Under the pieces are notes generated by a model. That model had not been told where the DNA came from, made no database searches, and was given only the letters and a program-made list of their open reading frames with translations. The position numbers were made by a program, and so were the translations under genes. This document shows positions 59,387 through 64,000 of a DNA stretch of 64,000 bases, piece by piece (within the stretch, counting starts at the first letter, position 1; every line of letters begins with the position of its first letter). Origin of the DNA: Deltaproteobacteria bacterium (GTDB lineage: Bacteria > Desulfobacterota_D > UBA1144 > Nemesobacterales > CSP1-2); the NCBI GenBank assembly GCA_052390235.1, contig JBQTHB010000002.1:288001-352000 (forward strand). Direction: 5' to 3'.

Positions 59387-60138
59387 AAGGGATTTTCGTT
59401 ACTGGAACCGATACGGGCGTAGGGAAAACCGTTGCCTCGGCGGCCCTCGCGTGGACGCTTAAATGCGCGGGCAGGCGAGTCGCCCCGATGAAGCCCGCTC
59501 AGACGGGTATAGCTTCAGGGGACGCGCTCGATATTGAATTTATCCAAAGAGTTCTTGGCGCGGACTATCCGCTTAATCTCGTCTGCCCGTACAGGTTTGC
59601 TCACCCCTTAGCCCCGTCCGTAGCGGCGGCGCTGGAGGGGGCCCAAATTGATTTGGAGATAATAAAATCCGCCTATCATTCGCTTGCCTCAGCCTATGAC
59701 ACGGTAGTTGTCGAGGGCGCGGGCGGGCTTCTAGCGCCGCTATGGGGGGATTATCTGATGGCGGATTTGGCTTCGGATTTAAACCTGCCGCTCGTTATCG
59801 TTTCCCGTCCCGGTCTTGGGGCGCTCAATCACCTAAAGCTCACAGTGGAATCCGCCGAGGCTAGGGGGATTGCCGTTCTAGGCACGATAATAAACCGATT
59901 CCCTGCCGCCCCGTCTTGCGCCGAAATCACGAACCCGCGCCTCATGCAACGGATGACGGGAAGGCCTATTTTAGGGGCGCTGCCAGAGGACGGCGCAATC
60001 TCTGTGGAGAGGGGGAATATTGGAAACCTCAGGGACGCCGCCCCCGTATCATTAGTATCGCTCCTCGGAGGGAGTTTTGACGTTAATGAATTTCTCTCGG
60101 AGCTGGATTTGCGCCTTAGCGCTTTAACCTCACGATAA
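59383..60138 (+). CDS. bioD: Dethiobiotin synthase
   Basis: FVTGTDTGVGKT, KPAQTG, VEGAGG, LG.LNH. Confidence 0.95.
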   Translation: MKGIFVTGTDTGVGKTVASAALAWTLKCAGRRVAPMKPAQTGIASGDALDIEFIQRVLGADYPLNLVCPYRFAHPLAPSVAAALEGAQIDLEIIKSAYHSLASAYDTVVVEGAGGLLAPLWGDYLMADLASDLNLPLVIVSRPGLGALNHLKLTVESAEARGIAVLGTIINRFPAAPSCAEITNPRLMQRMTGRPILGALPEDGAISVERGNIGNLRDAAPVSLVSLLGGSFDVNEFLSELDLRLSALTSR

Positions 60139-60409
60139 TCTCATCTGACATCCCGCGCGCCGCCGGCATCCGCGCTCTAGGCCGCCTAAAATTAAAACCC
60201 CGCGAAATTCTCTTTATATTTCTCAGTATTAATTTTTCGTTGATTGCTAATTAATTTTCGATGTAGTATAATCCGAAAAGTTTTTAGTTCTTTGAAAACA
60301 ATTTGCGTTTTTCACTAGTGAATGCGTAATTTCAGATCGTGCCGCTCGGTTTAGCTCCGAGCCAGCGGGGGGTGAACTGTAATAATTTAAATTCCAGTGG
60401 AGGATTACG

Positions 60410-61993
60410 ATGATTAGGAGGCACTCTCTCATTCTCATAATACTGCTTTTTTTCCCGACCACGGTTTATGCCGCCGTGCGGTATGTGGTTAAAAAGGGGG
60501 ACACGCTGTACGGTTTGTCGAAAAAATTCGGGGTCTCGCTTGATGAAATTAAAGAAGCAAACAGAATTCAGGGTGAAAATTTAAAAATCGGGAGCGTCAT
60601 ATTTGTTCCCGAAACAGTTGCGGCTAATAGCCTATCCGCTCCGAAAAAGAGCGAGGCGGATAAACTCCAGTACGTCGTTATTAAAGGCGACACTTTATAC
60701 GGGATTGCAAGCGGATTTCGCGTATCCGCCGGGGATATAAGAGAATTAAACAACATTAAAGGCGATGGGCTTCGCATTGGGCAGAAGCTCCTCATACCTA
60801 TCGCCAAAACCGATGCGAGCGGCATTGTCTCGCGCATTATTCACGAGAGTAAAACCCAGGGCGCAGGCATAGCCCCGCCCCCGTCCGCCCCTCCCTATGA
60901 CTCCGGGGCGGATAATGACGGAATCAGCCGCGACATTCCAAATCCCATTGGGCGTCTGGGCTCCGATAACTCCTTTAGCAGCGTCGCCGCGGCGGATAAA
61001 CCCATTCCCCCCGCTCCGCCGGATGCCGATAGCCCCAAACCCGACTCAAAGCCCATTCATATCACCCGCAGATACATCGCCAAAACCGGAGACAGCCTCG
61101 ATAAAATAGCTAAAGAATTTGAAGTGTCGCCGGAGGTTATCACCGAGGCAAACGGGCTCGATGGCAATAAGCTCGACGCAGGAAGCGTTCTGCTGATTCC
61201 AAATGCGGATGCGTTAGCCCCAGTTCCCGTCAGCGTGCCTGCGCCCTCGGGCGACGGTTTTTACAATCAAACCGAGTACAAGAAAAAAACCATCGTCGTA
61301 AAACGAAAGCCCATAACCGGCGCTAATGCCGCCTCGTACGTTGTCCGAAAAGGGGATACGGCGTTTTCAATAGCTAAGAAATTCAATATTCCCCTTGCTG
61401 AGCTCAGAGAGATGAACAATATCCCTGAAGATGGCATAATGGCGGGACAGACGCTTATAGTTCCTGCAAGCGCCTCTGTCAAATCCCCCCCGCCCGGGAA
61501 CGGCCCCCAGACAATCGCTGAAAAACGGGCCGCAAAAAAGAAGCAACCCCAACTGGACGGGCTTTTAACCAGAGATAACATCATCAGCATAGCCAAGCGA
61601 TACCTCGGAGTTCCCTACAGATTTGGCGGCACGTCGCTCATTACCGGACTCGACTGCTCGGCTTTTATTAGCAGGGTATTCGGATTCTTCGATATAAAAC
61701 TGCCGAGAACCGCCAGAGAGCAGTTTGCCTTCGCCGAGGATGTAAAGCGGGATGATATGGTCGTAGGAGACCTCGTATTTTTTAAGACTTATGCTAGGTA
61801 TCCCTCTCACGTCGGGATTTATATGGGCGAGAACGAGTTTATTCACGCCTCGTCGGGGGCTAAGATGGTAACGATTACTAACCTCGATGACCCGTACTAC
61901 AGAAAGCGGTATTTGGGGGCAAAGAGGGTAGAGGTCGGAGGGCTGTTCTACGGCGATATGGCGCGGGATTACAAGGGGTTCGACTCGAAGTAG
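60410..61993 (+). CDS. LysM (x4) + NlpC/P60 peptidoglycan endopeptidase
   Basis: Four Y.V..GD.L..IA repeats; GLDCSAF, SHVGIY, FIHAS. Confidence 0.94.
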   Translation: MIRRHSLILIILLFFPTTVYAAVRYVVKKGDTLYGLSKKFGVSLDEIKEANRIQGENLKIGSVIFVPETVAANSLSAPKKSEADKLQYVVIKGDTLYGIASGFRVSAGDIRELNNIKGDGLRIGQKLLIPIAKTDASGIVSRIIHESKTQGAGIAPPPSAPPYDSGADNDGISRDIPNPIGRLGSDNSFSSVAAADKPIPPAPPDADSPKPDSKPIHITRRYIAKTGDSLDKIAKEFEVSPEVITEANGLDGNKLDAGSVLLIPNADALAPVPVSVPAPSGDGFYNQTEYKKKTIVVKRKPITGANAASYVVRKGDTAFSIAKKFNIPLAELREMNNIPEDGIMAGQTLIVPASASVKSPPPGNGPQTIAEKRAAKKKQPQLDGLLTRDNIISIAKRYLGVPYRFGGTSLITGLDCSAFISRVFGFFDIKLPRTAREQFAFAEDVKRDDMVVGDLVFFKTYARYPSHVGIYMGENEFIHASSGAKMVTITNLDDPYYRKRYLGAKRVEVGGLFYGDMARDYKGFDSK

Positions 61994-62063
61994 AATAGCT
62001 GATAATCCCCCCCGCTTATCTGTCATTGAAATATACGGCGGGCGTGTATATATTAATTGTCAC

Positions 62064-62966
62064 GTGAACTCAGCGCCAGATAACATCGCTAAATTTAGGT
62101 ATTATCTCTGCTCCGAAAGGGGATATTCCAAGCACACTCTAAGGGCTTACATCTCGGATATTCGTCAATTTGCCTCATTCCTCGGGGAGAGAAAGAGCGC
62201 CGAGGCATCCCTCGTGTCCGTGGAAGAAATTGACGTAAGGGCGTACCTAGCCCGCATTCACAGGAAAAATAGCAAAACCTCGATTTCCCGCAAGCTCACA
62301 TCCATAAGAGCGCTTTTTGAGTTTCTCCTGCGAGAGGGCATCGTCGCCAAAAATCCAGCGAAATTGCTCCCTACGCCCAAGGCTGAGAAAAAGCTCCCGT
62401 CTTTCCTCACAGTGGACGAGGCTTTTCGGCTTCTCGACTCCCCCGGCTGGGACGCAAAACCCCTCGCGCTGAGAGATGCGGCAATTCTCGAGCTTCTGTA
62501 CTCCAGCGGACTTCGCGTGAGCGAGCTTACGGGGATAAAAATCACCGAGCTTGACCTCTCCGAGGCTGTGGTGAAGGTGCTGGGCAAGGGGGCGAGGGAG
62601 AGAGTAGTACCCGTAGGCTCGAAGGCGGCGGCGGCGCTTGGGCGATATATTGAGCGCAGAGAATTGCTTGGGCCCAGGTCGGACTCGCTCTTTCTCAATT
62701 CCAGAGGGGGGGCGCTTACGCCCAGAAGCGTCGCCGTAATCGTGAAGAAATGCTCCCTTCTATCAGGCATAGCCAAGAACGTAAGCCCTCACGTGCTGAG
62801 GCACACATTCGCAACGCACCTGCTCGGAGGAGGCGCCGACCTTCGCGCCATTCAAGAGATGCTAGGACACAAGAGCCTTTCAACCACTCAGCGCTACACT
62901 CACACCTCCATAGAGAAAATCATGGAGATTTACGATAAAACCCATCCGAGAGCAAACAACAAATGA
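62064..62966 (+). CDS. xerC: Tyrosine recombinase XerC
   Basis: [36 protein letters not shown]; directly upstream of hslVU. Confidence 0.9.
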   Translation: MNSAPDNIAKFRYYLCSERGYSKHTLRAYISDIRQFASFLGERKSAEASLVSVEEIDVRAYLARIHRKNSKTSISRKLTSIRALFEFLLREGIVAKNPAKLLPTPKAEKKLPSFLTVDEAFRLLDSPGWDAKPLALRDAAILELLYSSGLRVSELTGIKITELDLSEAVVKVLGKGARERVVPVGSKAAAALGRYIERRELLGPRSDSLFLNSRGGALTPRSVAVIVKKCSLLSGIAKNVSPHVLRHTFATHLLGGGADLRAIQEMLGHKSLSTTQRYTHTSIEKIMEIYDKTHPRANNK

Positions 62967-63496
62967 CAACATTTCACGGAACTACAATTCTCTGCGTTAA
63001 GAGAAACGGCGAAGTCGCCATTGCCGCCGACGGACAGGTAACCCTGGGCCATGCCGCCGTAAAGCACACGGCTAAAAAAGTGCGCAGAATTTACGGAGGC
63101 AAAGTGCTCGTGGGGTTCGCCGGGGCTACCGCTGACGCCATAACGCTTTTCGATAAATTCGAGGGGAAGTTAGAGGAGTTCAGAGGGAATCTCAGAAGGG
63201 CGGCTGTCGAGCTTGCCAAGGACTGGCGCACCGATAGGATTTTGCGCCGCCTCGAAGCCCTGCTCGCCATTGCCGATAAAGAGAGTATGTTTCTCATATC
63301 CGGCAGCGGAGACGTTCTCGAACCCGACGACGAGGTCATAGGCATCGGCTCAGGTGGGTCATTTGCTCAAGCCGCCGCCAAAGCCCTCCTCAGGCACTCC
63401 GAGCTTGACGCACGCCAAATCGCCGAGGAATCTGTCAAAATCGCGGCTGAAATCTGCATTTACACAAACGATAAAATCAACGTAGAGGTTCTATAA
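62963..63496 (+). CDS. hslV: ATP-dependent protease peptidase subunit HslV
   Basis: TTIL, DGQVT, GFAG.TADA, GSGG, ICIYTN. Confidence 0.97.
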   Translation: MTTFHGTTILCVKRNGEVAIAADGQVTLGHAAVKHTAKKVRRIYGGKVLVGFAGATADAITLFDKFEGKLEEFRGNLRRAAVELAKDWRTDRILRRLEALLAIADKESMFLISGSGDVLEPDDEVIGIGSGGSFAQAAAKALLRHSELDARQIAEESVKIAAEICIYTNDKINVEVL

Positions 63497-63499
63497 CTC

Positions 63500-64000
63500 A
63501 TGAATAGGGAAGCGTTCTTTACTCCGAGAGAGATAGTCTCAGAACTCGATAAATACATCATTGGGCAAAATAAAGCCAAGAGAGCCGTCTCCATCGCCCT
63601 TAGAAACCGCTGGCGCCGCCAGAGGGTGTCCCCGGAGCTAAGAGACGAAATCGCGCCGAAAAATATCCTCATGATAGGCCCCACGGGGGTCGGAAAAACC
63701 GAGATTGCAAGGAGGCTTGCGAAGCTCTCACAAGCCCCGTTCATCAAGGTTGAAGCCTCGAAATTCACCGAAGTCGGCTACGTAGGGCGGGACGTGGAGT
63801 CCATGGTCAGAGACCTAACGGACATCGCAGTGAAGCTCATCACGGACGAAGAGAAGTTCACCGTGCGCGCCAAAGCCGAAGACCTCGCCGAGGAGAGAAT
63901 CCTAGACCTCCTCTATCCGAAAAGCGGCAAGCCGGAAGAGGCGGCGGCGTCTTCTTCGGTTTCTGTATCCTCTGTTGCTTCCGGCGAGACGAGAGAGAAA
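63500..64000 (+). CDS. hslU: ATP-dependent protease ATPase subunit HslU (runs off window)
   Basis: [56 protein letters not shown]. Confidence 0.97.
   Translation, partial: MNREAFFTPREIVSELDKYIIGQNKAKRAVSIALRNRWRRQRVSPELRDEIAPKNILMIGPTGVGKTEIARRLAKLSQAPFIKVEASKFTEVGYVGRDVESMVRDLTDIAVKLITDEEKFTVRAKAEDLAEERILDLLYPKSGKPEEAAASSSVSVSSVASGETREK

Noticed and set aside
60290..60409. Riboswitch (c-di-AMP or c-di-GMP) upstream of the LysM-NlpC/P60 gene
   Set aside because: Only one hairpin (GCTCGG..CCGAGC); the consensus motifs are not present
62064..62966. Tyrosine recombinase as a prophage or island integrase
   Set aside because: XerC-like sequence in the conserved xerC-hslV-hslU housekeeping context

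Overview
Bacterial chromosomal window in which housekeeping genes (alr, mlaEFD-like operon, heterodimeric ABC exporter, terC, minCDE, tRNA-Thr, Fe(III) ABC transporter, rsmG, truD, trmI, bcp, bioD, LysM-NlpC/P60, xerC-hslVU) alternate with accessory regions. (1) A type I-B CRISPR-Cas locus (cas6-cas8b-cas7-cas5-cas3-cas4-cas1-cas2, minus strand) has about 99 repeats. Its trailer unit is a 248-bp 'spacer' carrying an RBS and a complete 51-codon ORF in the crRNA sense. Overlapping spacers reconstruct the start of one repeatedly targeted gene and suggest a 5'-TYR PAM. (2) A small GIY-YIG nuclease sits inside the cas operon, flanked by REP-like palindromes that also fill the other large cas intergenic gaps and occur elsewhere. 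(3) A decayed integron (truncated intI, two intact attC sites, two partial ones) carries a frameshifted ~1800-aa helicase-nuclease cassette and is interleaved with a broken iron-uptake operon. (4) An unrecognised, translationally coupled three-gene operon (50096-54787) encodes a Cys-rich beta-type protein plus two proteins with paralogous C-terminal macrodomain-like domains, one with canonical motifs and one degenerate; this is the best candidate for an undescribed system. All assignments come from reading motifs by eye; no database searches were run.
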